Shown: piece by piece, positions 38,706 through 48,848 of the stretch | Layout of the letters: every line of letters begins with the position of its first letter | Numbering within the stretch: the stretch's first letter is position 1 | Source: Nitrospirota bacterium | Lineage (GTDB): Bacteria; Nitrospirota; UBA9217 | Assembly: GCA_963663225.1 (NCBI GenBank) | Contig: OY760142.1 | Location: forward strand, 1,972,333-2,036,332 | Direction of reading: 5' to 3' | Length of the DNA stretch: 64,000 bases | The notes under the pieces: model-generated | Told to the model about the DNA's origin: nothing | What the model saw: the letters and a program-made list of their open reading frames with translations, nothing else | The model's database searches: none | Program-made: the position numbers and the translations under genes

Positions 38706-39442
38706 ACAAAGCGCTATGCTTAGACGTCAAAGGGCTGTCGATGTGGTTCGGCGGCCTTGCGGCCAACAACGATGTAAGCTTCTCCGTGGCCGAAGGAGAA
38801 ATTGTCAGCATCATCGGACCGAACGGCGCGGGCAAATCCACGCTGTTTAACTGCGTCACCGGATTTTACAAACCGACCAGCGGTAGTGTAACGTTTTACG
38901 GCAAGGAAATCAGCCGCATGGGGGCCGATAAAATCTGTAAACTGGGAATAGCGCGCACCTTCCAGATTGTACAGGTAATCAGCGATATGACCGTCCTTGA
39001 AAACGTAACAACAGGAGCATTGTTACGCTATAACCGGGTCAAACCGGCCAGGGAAAAGGCAGAAGAAATTCTCGCTTTTACGGGATTGCTTGAGAAAAAA
39101 GACTATCTGGCACCATCACTTACCATCGCGGATAAGAAGCGGCTTGAGGTCTCCATGGCATTGGCCACCCAACCGCGACTGCTGATGCTTGATGAATCCA
39201 TGGCAGGCCTCACCAAGGTAGAGCTGAACCAGATCATCGATCTGATCAAAAAAGTGCGTGACAGCGGGGTGACGCTGGTTGTTGTGGAACACGTGATGGA
39301 AGCCGTAATGAAAATATCAGACCGAGTCGTCGTTCTGAATTCCGGCAAAAAGATCATGGAAGGAGCACCGAAGGAAGTGGTCTCCAATCCTGAAGTTATT
39401 CAAGCTTATTTAGGGGAAAAATACCGTGCTGTCTCTCAATAA
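38702..39442 (+). CDS. livG: ABC transporter ATP-binding protein (LivG-like)
   Basis: Walker A GPNGAGKST, signature, Walker B LLMLDE. Confidence 0.9.
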   Translation: MNKALCLDVKGLSMWFGGLAANNDVSFSVAEGEIVSIIGPNGAGKSTLFNCVTGFYKPTSGSVTFYGKEISRMGADKICKLGIARTFQIVQVISDMTVLENVTTGALLRYNRVKPAREKAEEILAFTGLLEKKDYLAPSLTIADKKRLEVSMALATQPRLLMLDESMAGLTKVELNQIIDLIKKVRDSGVTLVVVEHVMEAVMKISDRVVVLNSGKKIMEGAPKEVVSNPEVIQAYLGEKYRAVSQ

Positions 39443-40130
39443 TATATCCGTTGGTTATAAGGGTCTCCTGGCTGTCCAGGATGCCTCATTTAAGATCAAT
39501 GACGGGGAGATCGTGAGCCTTATCGGTTCAAACGGTGCCGGGAAATCGACCATCGTTAAGGCCATCTCCGGTCTTTTGCATCCTCAAAAGGGTGAAATTA
39601 CTTTCAAAAACATACCGATTCACAAGACGGCTCCCTTCGATATCGTAAAGCTGGGCATTTCCATGATTCCCGAAGGGAGAAGGCTCTTTGGAAGATTGTC
39701 CGTGCTGGATAATCTCTTGATGGGTGCGTACGCGATTTCATCCAAGTCGGAAATTGAAAAAAACCTGCAGACGGTCTTCGAGTTATTTCCCATTCTGAAG
39801 GAAAGACAAGCGCAACGCTCCCAAACCTTCAGCGGCGGTGAGCAGCAGCAGCTTGCCATCGGACGGGGTCTTATGTCCAACCCGTCGCTGCTTGTGCTGG
39901 ATGAGCCTTCTCTGGGACTCAGCCCAAAACTGGTTTCGGAAATATTCCGGATTGTCAAGGAAATCAATGCCCGGGGTGTCACGATCCTGCTCGTCGAGCA
40001 GAATGTTTTCGAAGCTCTGGAGATTTCCCACCGCGCCTATGTTCTCCAAACAGGACACATTGTGATGGAAGGAAAAAGCCAGGAACTCCTGCAAAGCGAT
40101 CTCGTGCGGCAGGCCTATCTTGGCATGTAG
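39426..40130 (+). CDS. livF: ABC transporter ATP-binding protein (LivF-like)
   Basis: Walker A GSNGAGKST, FSGGEQQQLAIGR, LLVLDEPS. Confidence 0.9.
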   Translation: MLSLNNISVGYKGLLAVQDASFKINDGEIVSLIGSNGAGKSTIVKAISGLLHPQKGEITFKNIPIHKTAPFDIVKLGISMIPEGRRLFGRLSVLDNLLMGAYAISSKSEIEKNLQTVFELFPILKERQAQRSQTFSGGEQQQLAIGRGLMSNPSLLVLDEPSLGLSPKLVSEIFRIVKEINARGVTILLVEQNVFEALEISHRAYVLQTGHIVMEGKSQELLQSDLVRQAYLGM

Positions 40131-40140
40131 TCCGTTCTGA

Positions 40141-41442
40141 TTGAGTGAATCAGGTATGAATTTCATCATGAAATATGGGAAAACAGGATTGTCTCTTGAT
40201 CTTCCTGATACTCTAGAGCCGACTGTTATCCAGAAGCAAGTAATGCCTGTTTTGCAAGACCCCGAGAATGCCGTCCTGTCCGCTTTTGCAAATCCCGTAC
40301 AATGCAAGACACTCCGCGAGGAGGCAGCAGGCTCCCGCAGCGCCTGTATTTTAATCTGCGATATTACGCGGCCGGTGCCGAACAAACACATTCTTCCTCC
40401 CCTGGTAAAAGAGCTGATTGCGGCGGGGATGAACCCCCAGTCGATCTCGATCCTTGTTGCAACGGGCCTTCATCGGCCGAGCGAAGGCGATGAACTTCGT
40501 GAACTGGTGGGAAGCGACTGGGTCATGAATACCGTCTCTGTCGCGAACCACTACGCCCGCAATAGTGAGGACCACGAATATATCGGAACGACCACGACCG
40601 GCATCGAAACAAGGCTCGACCGCCGGTTTCTGAAAGCAGAACTTCGCATTGTCATCGGGCTTGTGGAACCGCATTTCATGGCAGGATATTCCGGAGGAAG
40701 AAAGATCGTGGCCCCCGGCGTTGCTTATGAAAAGACGATCCGGTCCTTTCACTGCGCAAAGATTCTTGAGGATTCCAAATCCGCAAGCTGTGTCTTAGAG
40801 GGAAATCCGCTGCACGAGACGCAGATGGAAATTGTGCGGATGGTAGGAAAGTGTTTCGCCATCAATACCGTCATTGACGAAGACAAAAAAATGTCTTTTG
40901 TGAACTTTGGAGAGATCGAACAAAGTCATCTAGAGGCCGTATCTTTTGTACGACCGTATGCAATTATTCCGGTCCATCGCAGGTTTAAGACAGTTTTGAC
41001 CAGCTCTGCAGGCTATCCCCTCGATAAAACATACTATCAGACAGTCAAAGGAATGGTGGGCCCCGTTGATATTCTGGAGCCCGGCGGAGATATTATCATT
41101 GTTTCCGCATGTTCAGAAGGCGTCGGATCGCCTGAATACGCAGAGGCCCAGTTGTGTCTTGTGAATCAGGGACCAGACAAATTTCTTGATGAAATTTTGG
41201 AGAAACGGTACGCAGCGGTTGATGAATGGCAGACGGAAATGCAGGTCAAGGCCATGAAGAGGGCAAATATTTATTTGTATACCGAGGGGTTAACAAAGGA
41301 AGAACGGTCCATTACCGGGGTTTCCCTGATTCCGTCTCCGGTGGCCGCGATCATGGATAGTGTTGCGCGCCATCGTGATAACCGTATAGCCGTAATTCCC
41401 GAAGGACCGTACGTGGTTCCTATGTTTATACCATCTCCATAA
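40141..41442 (+). CDS. larA: LarA-family protein (nickel-pincer-nucleotide dependent 2-hydroxyacid racemase/epimerase homolog, DUF2088)
   Basis: 433 aa; DUF2088 N-domain; VEPHFMAGYSGGRK (NPN-tethering Lys context), His-containing motifs; 10 nt after livF; alternative start at 40156. Confidence 0.7.
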   Translation: MSESGMNFIMKYGKTGLSLDLPDTLEPTVIQKQVMPVLQDPENAVLSAFANPVQCKTLREEAAGSRSACILICDITRPVPNKHILPPLVKELIAAGMNPQSISILVATGLHRPSEGDELRELVGSDWVMNTVSVANHYARNSEDHEYIGTTTTGIETRLDRRFLKAELRIVIGLVEPHFMAGYSGGRKIVAPGVAYEKTIRSFHCAKILEDSKSASCVLEGNPLHETQMEIVRMVGKCFAINTVIDEDKKMSFVNFGEIEQSHLEAVSFVRPYAIIPVHRRFKTVLTSSAGYPLDKTYYQTVKGMVGPVDILEPGGDIIIVSACSEGVGSPEYAEAQLCLVNQGPDKFLDEILEKRYAAVDEWQTEMQVKAMKRANIYLYTEGLTKEERSITGVSLIPSPVAAIMDSVARHRDNRIAVIPEGPYVVPMFIPSP

Positions 41443-41730
41443 ACTGCATACTCTCTTCAGATGCAGTTGTTTTCCCCGCGATGCTGCCTGTCTCAATACT
41501 CGGCGCCTTTCCTTTCTTTCAGAACATCTTTTTCAATATCCCATGATGACATTTTTGTTAAAACGATGTTTGTATACTGCTGTTTAGATAGAAAAAATAG
41601 TTTTTTCGCGCTGTAATGCAATGCAGTATTGTGCAATTTTTTGTTGCTAGAGGCCATAATTTTGTGTAATATATAAGACTAACTTTTTTATTACAAAAAC
41701 ACACGAATCTCAGGAAAGTATAATCTGGTA

Positions 41731-42879
41731 ATGAAGGTAGCACAGAATATATGGAAGAGCGGTAATAGCCTTATGTCCTCTGCAGACGGCCCCCTCAATA
41801 CGTCTGCCCAACTTGCTCTTGTTTTTGGGTCAAAACCCGTTTTAGAAGAACGGTTCTTCTATCAGAAGATGCGAAGCCTCTATCCGAACGCTCACATTTT
41901 AGGGTGTTCAACCGCAGGAGAAATACAGGGAACGCAGGTATATGATGATTCAGTGGTAGCAACTGCGATAACCTTTGAAGCCACGCGGATTGAAAGAGCG
42001 CGGATTACTCTGAAAGAAGTAGAAAATGCATTTCAAGCCGGAGAAAGACTTTCTCACGCACTAGCAAAAGACGGACTGGTTCATCTATTCGTTTTATCGG
42101 ATGGATTGAACATAAACGGCAGTGATCTTGTCCGGGGTCTTACGCAGCACCTCCCAAAAGATATAACCGTTACCGGAGGACTGGCCGGCGACGGCGACCG
42201 CTTCAAGAAAACACTCGTATTCTGTGATGGAGATCCGGAAACAGGAACAATTGCCGCCATCGGACTGTACGGAAGCAATCTGCAGGTCGGGTACAGTTCC
42301 CGGGGAGGTTGGGACCCTTTTGGACCTGAGCGGCTGATTACCCGCTCGCAGGGAAATATTTTGTATGAACTGGACGGCCGGTCCGCGCTCGAACTTTACA
42401 AAAAATATCTTGGGGAACATGCGAAAGGGCTTCCGGGATCAGCTCTTCTTTTCCCCCTTAGCCTTCGTACGCCGGGAAGCAGAGAAACCGGGGTTGTCAG
42501 GACTGTACTTTCCATAAATGAAGAAGACCAGAGCATGATTTTCCCTGGTGACGTCCCGGAAGGGGCCTATGCGCGTTTTATGAAGGCGAATTTCGACCGG
42601 CTGATAGACGGCTCTATCAATGCGGCCAAAAGCTGCTACGGTGCCGTGGGATCTGCACCGCCGGATCTTGCGATACTCATCAGCTGCTTCGGCAGAAAGA
42701 TGATCTTAAAACAAAGGACAGAAGAAGAAGTGGAAGGTGTGCGGGATGTTTTTGGGGACAATACGGTGCTTACGGGTTTTTATTCCTATGGCGAAATCTC
42801 ACCATTCACTTCAAGCGGGAGTTGTGAATTGCATAATCAGACCATGACGATTACAACGTTTACGGAGCGCGGATCATGA
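41731..42879 (+). CDS. FIST-domain sensory protein
   Basis: 382 aa; FIST_N and FIST_C regions; overlaps downstream HK by 4 bp. Confidence 0.75.
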   Translation: MKVAQNIWKSGNSLMSSADGPLNTSAQLALVFGSKPVLEERFFYQKMRSLYPNAHILGCSTAGEIQGTQVYDDSVVATAITFEATRIERARITLKEVENAFQAGERLSHALAKDGLVHLFVLSDGLNINGSDLVRGLTQHLPKDITVTGGLAGDGDRFKKTLVFCDGDPETGTIAAIGLYGSNLQVGYSSRGGWDPFGPERLITRSQGNILYELDGRSALELYKKYLGEHAKGLPGSALLFPLSLRTPGSRETGVVRTVLSINEEDQSMIFPGDVPEGAYARFMKANFDRLIDGSINAAKSCYGAVGSAPPDLAILISCFGRKMILKQRTEEEVEGVRDVFGDNTVLTGFYSYGEISPFTSSGSCELHNQTMTITTFTERGS

Positions 42880-44924
42880 ATCAGATGCACAGTCTCCTGA
42901 AACGACAGCTCAAAAAATTTTTCAATAGTACGTACCCTGTTCCACAGGAGTGGGAGCCGTTTATTAATGCAATCAACAATGCCTATCGGGAATTCGATGA
43001 AGACCGTGCACTCCTTGAACGTGCCCTCGAACTCAGTTCTCAGGAGCTGATCGAGGCCAATTCCGAAATGCGGGCCATTTTTGAAGCTCTTCCTGATCTG
43101 CTTTTCAGATTTGATCACGATGGAAGAGTTATTGATTACAAAGCGGGGAGAGTAAATGATTTATACTTCTATCCTGAAAAACTAATCGGAAAGCGTATTC
43201 AGGATGTTCCTCCTGCGCATGTCGGAAGCAAGTTCCTGGAGTGCATCCGGAAAGTTCAGGATACAAAAGCAATACAAAGCTTTGAATATTCATTGCCGAT
43301 ACAGGACCGGGAATGTTTTTATGAGGCAAGGCTTCTGCCTCTCATTGAGGACCAGATCATTGCCATCGTACGGAACATTACCGCCAGAAAAAAAGCGGAA
43401 CTGGCCCTGAGACAAAGCGAGGAGGAATACAGAACGCTTGTTGAGAATATCAACGCGGGCATATACAGGAGCAGTCCGGATGTATACGGACATTTTATAC
43501 AAGTAAATAACGCCATGGTAAAAATTTTTGGCGCTGCTTTTGCAGAAGATTTGATAGGGTGCTGTGTTCTTGATTTTTATAAAGACAAAGAGGCACGAAA
43601 TGCTTTCCTGCAGGAAATAGATCAAAAAGGCTTTGTAAAAGACAAGGAATTGTACCTGCGGAAACAAGATGGAACACCCATCATCGTATCCTGCACGGCG
43701 GCAATTCAGTATGATGCATTCGGCAGCAAGCGCTGGATTGATGGCGTCATGGAAGATATCACGGAGCATAAAAAGATTGAAGAAGAGATTGCCAAAACGT
43801 CCAAACTGGAATCGCTCGGCATCCTGGCCGGCGGCATTGCGCATGATTTTAACAATATTCTCACCGCAATTCTAGGCAATATTTCCCTGGCAAGGATGAA
43901 AACGGAGCAGGGGGGCGTTGTTTTCTCCTGTCTGGACAACGCAGAAAAGGCTTCAATACGGGCGCAAACCCTTACGCAGCAACTACTGACATTTTCGAGA
44001 GGTGGAGCGCCGGTTAAAAAAGCGTCGTCCATCAACGATCTTCTCCGTGATTCCGCAAATTTTGTCATAACCGGTTCCAATATCCGGTGCGATTTTCATA
44101 TTCCTGATGATCTTCCGGCCATCGAGATTGATGAAGGTCAGATCAGCCGGGTTATTCACAATCTCGTTATCAATGCGCAGCAGTCCATGCCGCAGGGTGG
44201 TGTGATTCACATACAGGCTGAGCGTATTGCAATCACCAGTACATCTGACAACCCTCACGGGCTTCCGCTACAAGATGGAAACTACGTAAAAATAAGCATT
44301 CAGGACCAGGGGATTGGAATACCGGAAGAATATTTGGGAAAAATTTTCGACCCCTATTTTACCACAAAGGAGAAAGGCTCCGGACTCGGACTGACCACAA
44401 GTTATTCCATCATGAAAAGGCACGGTGGACATATCGCCCTGCAGTCAACAGTCGGCACCGGGACGACGTTTTTTCTTTATTTGCCTGCATTGCACGAGGG
44501 TGCGGTGACAAAAAAGAAGGAACAGCGATCCCAGACAAAAGGACACGGGAAAATACTGCTGATGGACGACGAGGAAATTATCAGAGACGTCGGCGGAGGG
44601 ATGCTGCGGTACCTGGGATACGACGTTACCGTTGCTAAAAATGGTGCGGAAGCAATTTTTCTGGCAACCGATGCGATGAAACGCGGTGAGAGTTATGACG
44701 CAATTATCATGGATTTAACCATCCCCGGTGGCATGGGCGGAAAGGAGGCTGCATCCCGATTGCAAGCGCTGGATTGTTCGTCGAAGATAATTGCCTCGAG
44801 CGGTTATTCCAACGATCCGGTATTGTCAGAATATAAGAAGTACGGTTTCTGCGCGATTGCACCAAAGCCATATGGCATTGAGGAATTAAGAAATATCCTG
44901 CATCAGGTCATTACAAAGAATTAG
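42876..44924 (+). CDS. PAS-domain hybrid sensor histidine kinase with C-terminal receiver
   Basis: 682 aa; two PAS, HisKA H-box HDFNNILTAILGNISLA, HATPase_c, REC (LLMDDEEI...IMDLTIPGGMGG). Confidence 0.88.
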   Translation: MNQMHSLLKRQLKKFFNSTYPVPQEWEPFINAINNAYREFDEDRALLERALELSSQELIEANSEMRAIFEALPDLLFRFDHDGRVIDYKAGRVNDLYFYPEKLIGKRIQDVPPAHVGSKFLECIRKVQDTKAIQSFEYSLPIQDRECFYEARLLPLIEDQIIAIVRNITARKKAELALRQSEEEYRTLVENINAGIYRSSPDVYGHFIQVNNAMVKIFGAAFAEDLIGCCVLDFYKDKEARNAFLQEIDQKGFVKDKELYLRKQDGTPIIVSCTAAIQYDAFGSKRWIDGVMEDITEHKKIEEEIAKTSKLESLGILAGGIAHDFNNILTAILGNISLARMKTEQGGVVFSCLDNAEKASIRAQTLTQQLLTFSRGGAPVKKASSINDLLRDSANFVITGSNIRCDFHIPDDLPAIEIDEGQISRVIHNLVINAQQSMPQGGVIHIQAERIAITSTSDNPHGLPLQDGNYVKISIQDQGIGIPEEYLGKIFDPYFTTKEKGSGLGLTTSYSIMKRHGGHIALQSTVGTGTTFFLYLPALHEGAVTKKKEQRSQTKGHGKILLMDDEEIIRDVGGGMLRYLGYDVTVAKNGAEAIFLATDAMKRGESYDAIIMDLTIPGGMGGKEAASRLQALDCSSKIIASSGYSNDPVLSEYKKYGFCAIAPKPYGIEELRNILHQVITKN

Positions 44925-44998
44925 AATTGCAGAATACGCAGAGAGTTCGGAACGTCTCCTGAAGCCGAAAGGGATGAAAAAATTGCCGGGAAAAATAA

Positions 44999-45676
44999 TT
45001 ATGATTTTCCCGCTGTGCAGAGTTCTTCTTTTTTGAGCTGAAGCGGCGCGACGTCTTGCTTCCAGATGTCAATTGTCTCGGTGATATGCTGCCACATCCA
45101 AGTCCTTGCTCTTTCCGGTTCCTGTTTCCGGATGGCTTTAAAAATTTCCCAGTGTCGCACTGCTGAACGATCGACAATGGTCGGAATTCTGTTGACGATA
45201 AAAAGCTGATATTGCAGCAGATTCCTTATATTGCTCAAAGTTTTAAAAAGAATGCGGTTTCCTGCAGCCTTCGCTATCGCATAATGAAATTCCACATCTT
45301 TTTCACTAAATGATTCTATATCACCTTCCGCGACACTCCGGTCCATGTCTTTTAACAGTGATTCAATTTCAGAAAGAGTTTCTGCCGTGCAATTTTGAGC
45401 GGCCATCATGGCGAAGTAGGATTCTAAAGTCCTTCTTGCTTCCAGAAGCTCCTCTATAATCGGTGCGCCATGCGTTGCGAACACGCCTTTTCCATGACAA
45501 ATTTCCAGTATGCCGAGGGTTGCGAGATTTTGCACCGCCTCGCGCACAGAAAGAACACTCGTTCCGCTCTTTTTTGCCAGATTCTCCAGAGAGGGCAGCT
45601 TATCCCCGGGCTTGATTTCACCCGTAACAAATGCATCAAGAAGATTCTTAATTACGATGTCTCCAGCCTTAATCAT
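44999..45676 (-). CDS. GntR-family transcriptional regulator (FadR/FCD type)
   Basis: 225 aa; N-terminal GntR wHTH, C-terminal FCD domain. Confidence 0.85.
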   Translation of the reverse strand: MIKAGDIVIKNLLDAFVTGEIKPGDKLPSLENLAKKSGTSVLSVREAVQNLATLGILEICHGKGVFATHGAPIIEELLEARRTLESYFAMMAAQNCTAETLSEIESLLKDMDRSVAEGDIESFSEKDVEFHYAIAKAAGNRILFKTLSNIRNLLQYQLFIVNRIPTIVDRSAVRHWEIFKAIRKQEPERARTWMWQHITETIDIWKQDVAPLQLKKEELCTAGKS

Positions 45677-45781
45677 TGCTCTACTATAATTTTCTCGGCT
45701 TAAGACGTCAAGTTTTTTTTATATCAGAACCGTGCTTTTTATTATCCCGGGTTGCTTTCACATCAACACGACCGAGTTGCA

Positions 45782-47485
45782 TTAGACTTTAAAGTGGTCG
45801 ACGGTGCTTTTGAGCTGTCCGGCGAGTCGTGCAAGTTCGGACGAGGCCTGGGCAATCTGCTCGGACCCTCCGGATATCTGTTTGGCGCCGTTCGCCACAG
45901 CCTGAATGTCACCCGAAATCATCTCCGAAGTCGCCGACATCTCTTCCGTGGACGACGCAATCTGCTGCACCATGTTCTGGAGCGTATTTACGCTCGTAAC
46001 AATCGATTCGAGCTGCGTACCGGCCTCCGTAGAAAACTTCAGACCGACCTCCACCTTTTCATTGGTGGTCGCCATGGTCGCAACCGTGGAATCGACTTCT
46101 CCCTGGATCGCCCCGATCATCTGGCTGATTTCCGACGTGGCATTGGCGGTGCGCTCCGCAAGCTTCCTGACTTCATCGGCAACAACGGCAAACCCGCGGC
46201 CCTGCTCTCCGGCACGGGCAGCCTCAATGGCAGCATTCAGGGCAAGCAGGTTGGTCTGATCGGCTATATCATTGATAACACTGACGATTTTACCGATCTG
46301 CTTGGAGCGGTCGCCCAAAGTCTGCACCACCGCAGTGGATTTAGCCACGGTTTCCGAAATGGCCTTTGTCTCCTCAACCGACTGGCCCACAATGTTTGCG
46401 CCTTTCTTTGCAATTCCGGAGGTATTGGCTGCTGACGTGGAAATCTCCGAAGAGTTTTTCGCAACATCCACAATCGTCTGGGACATTTCCTCGGCTGAAG
46501 TGGCAATCTGGGTCGCCCGGTTGCTCTGGTCGCGCATGGTCTTGGTGATTTCTTCGGCGTTCGCACTCAGTTCTTCGCTTCCTGATGCCACGCTGGCTGA
46601 AGCGGTCTTGATCTCTCCTACCAGATTCTTGAGGCTTTCGGTCATGCGCTGCATCTGTGCATACACGCCGGTATGCACCTTTCCATTGTCAAATCGCACC
46701 GTCAGGTCTCCGTCGGCGATTTTACCGGCAATGTTCGCAAGCTCATCCGGCTCCCCGCCAAGCTGCGCCATGGTCTTTCTGAAGGTCATCGACGCCGCGC
46801 CGACCGCCACCAGTGCGGCAATCAGGGCGGAAAGAAGGAGAACAGTAATTACTCTTCTGGTATCGGCAGCCTGTTTCTTCTCCTCTTTCGCGATAATGGC
46901 TTCCAGGTCATCCACGTAATTGCCGGTGCCCACAACCCATCCCCAGGGCTTGAATTCAAGGGTGTAACCGCGCTTTAAAATCGGGATGTCGCTCCCCATC
47001 TTGGTGAAATAATAGTCAATGAATCCACCACCTTCTTTTCTGCCGCTCTCTATGAATTCCTTCACAAAGTATTTTCCCTTTTTATCCTGCAGGTTGATCC
47101 TGCTCTTCCCCTCAAAATCCTTTTTGCCGAGCAGAACCACGTTCACGCCTTCAATCGTGTCAGCCCAGAAATACCCTTCCTTCCCGAACCGGAGCCCCCG
47201 CAGCACATTCGCGGCAAGGGTTTTGGCCTGCTCCGCTTTCAGCTCACCCTTTTCCTGGCGATCATGAATGTTCTGGAGCATCGAAACCGCGGTTTCAACC
47301 TCCGATTTGGCAAGAGCGTCGTAGTCGGCAAACAGGTTCTTTCTCAGTTCCGCGATGCTGTCCTTCGCTCCCGAATAGCTCTGATAGGCTGCTATGCAGC
47401 AGAGCAGTACGGCCACCAGCACGCAGCTTAAGATGGTGGTGAAGGCCAGCCTCTTAGCAAAGGTCATTTTCCCAATTTTATTCAT
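45782..47485 (-). CDS. Methyl-accepting chemotaxis protein with periplasmic Cache-like sensor
   Basis: 567 aa; TM-sensor-TM-HAMP-MCP signalling domain. Confidence 0.88.
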   Translation of the reverse strand: MNKIGKMTFAKRLAFTTILSCVLVAVLLCCIAAYQSYSGAKDSIAELRKNLFADYDALAKSEVETAVSMLQNIHDRQEKGELKAEQAKTLAANVLRGLRFGKEGYFWADTIEGVNVVLLGKKDFEGKSRINLQDKKGKYFVKEFIESGRKEGGGFIDYYFTKMGSDIPILKRGYTLEFKPWGWVVGTGNYVDDLEAIIAKEEKKQAADTRRVITVLLLSALIAALVAVGAASMTFRKTMAQLGGEPDELANIAGKIADGDLTVRFDNGKVHTGVYAQMQRMTESLKNLVGEIKTASASVASGSEELSANAEEITKTMRDQSNRATQIATSAEEMSQTIVDVAKNSSEISTSAANTSGIAKKGANIVGQSVEETKAISETVAKSTAVVQTLGDRSKQIGKIVSVINDIADQTNLLALNAAIEAARAGEQGRGFAVVADEVRKLAERTANATSEISQMIGAIQGEVDSTVATMATTNEKVEVGLKFSTEAGTQLESIVTSVNTLQNMVQQIASSTEEMSATSEMISGDIQAVANGAKQISGGSEQIAQASSELARLAGQLKSTVDHFKV

Positions 47486-47998
47486 TATACACTCCTCACT
47501 TTTTTTACGGCGCCGGAAGGGGGGCCGGAATTTTTCTCGTGGTGATAACAGCGCAACTATTTGTTATCTTGTGCATTATTTAATGCATACTCAGCACAAC
47601 TCCGCTTCGTGATCATTTTATCGGCATTCCAACCGAAAACTTAAGGAATATTATGAATACAAATATGACATGTATCAAAGCATGTTCCCTTTATGCTGTT
47701 TCGTCACGTGGCATATTGCCTTTGCTATGCATATCTGCGGAAGCTGCGGGGTTCGTAAAACAGGATTGTTCTCCGGCTGTTTAATCGGGCATGCAATTCA
47801 TGCTTATATGCAGGATCGTTTTGCCTTGACGTTCTTTTGAGATTGCCCTATCATTATGTACATATTGCGATGACAAAAGGCAGTGCATATTCATAGAATT
47901 ATTCAAAGCTTGTGCACGCCGAAACCGGTTGCAAGCCATATAAATGACATTGTTCAACCAGCCTTGGATGTAGGTGCTAAGAACCTTCGGGAGGCTTC

Positions 47999-48757
47999 AT
48001 GAACGTCGTTTCCTTTAGCGGCACTGATCAGGGCAAAAGAAGAAGCAACAATGAAGATGCTTACCTGCAGAATGACGGGCTGCTTCTCTATGCTGTCGCA
48101 GACGGAATCGGCGGTAATGCAGGCGGCGAAGTGGCAAGCCGTATTGCCGTTGAAACGGTTGAAGAGACGATAGCAAACATCCTTCGAAACGAGAGTACAG
48201 TTCCTCCATCGACCGCCATTAGTGATGCTGATCCACAGTTGTCCTTGTTGCAGCAAGTAATTACTCTAGCAAATCAGAAAATCCTCAGGAACAGTTTTCA
48301 GCATCCCGCCCTTTCAGGCATGGGGACGACGCTCACCGTTGCGTTCTTCAGAAGGAATCACCTCTTTATCGCAAACATCGGCGACAGCCGGGCGTATCTC
48401 TTCCGGTCAGGGACGCTGAATCAGTTGACTGCGGATCACTCCTTTGTGGCGGAGCGTGTAGCGTCCGGTCTGCTGACACCTCAAGAGGCAAAACTGAGCC
48501 CGTATCGCCATGTGATCACGCGGGCGTTGGGAATAGACGACATGATTCGGGCCGATATTACGAAGCATGCACTGCAGCGGGATGACCTGATTCTGCTTTG
48601 CACGGACGGACTGACGGAAATGCTTGAGGATTCAGAGATACAACATATTCTCTCTGCATCGCAGGATACGGTTGTGCAAGAGCTGCTGGCTGCTGCGAAT
48701 GATCGGGGCGGTGTGGACAATATCACAACAGTGGTTGTCAGAGTAAAAGAAGTTTGA
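47999..48757 (+). CDS. PP2C-family Ser/Thr protein phosphatase
   Basis: 252 aa; GKRRSNNEDA, ADGIGG, DGLT metal-binding motifs. Confidence 0.88.
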   Translation: MNVVSFSGTDQGKRRSNNEDAYLQNDGLLLYAVADGIGGNAGGEVASRIAVETVEETIANILRNESTVPPSTAISDADPQLSLLQQVITLANQKILRNSFQHPALSGMGTTLTVAFFRRNHLFIANIGDSRAYLFRSGTLNQLTADHSFVAERVASGLLTPQEAKLSPYRHVITRALGIDDMIRADITKHALQRDDLILLCTDGLTEMLEDSEIQHILSASQDTVVQELLAAANDRGGVDNITTVVVRVKEV

Positions 48758-48848
48758 TGTCTTGTGCAGATAATGCATGAAAGCGGTATTTTCTATTTCA
48801 TAAGCCGCAGTCCGGCACATTTCCTGTGGCCGATTGCTGCTTTTTGAC

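Noticed and set aside
47486-47998. GC-rich palindrome GGCGCCGGAAGGGGGGCCGG upstream of the MCP as a terminator
   Set aside because: It lies in the 5' leader of the minus-strand MCP gene just upstream of its SD. No convergent gene needs a terminator there.
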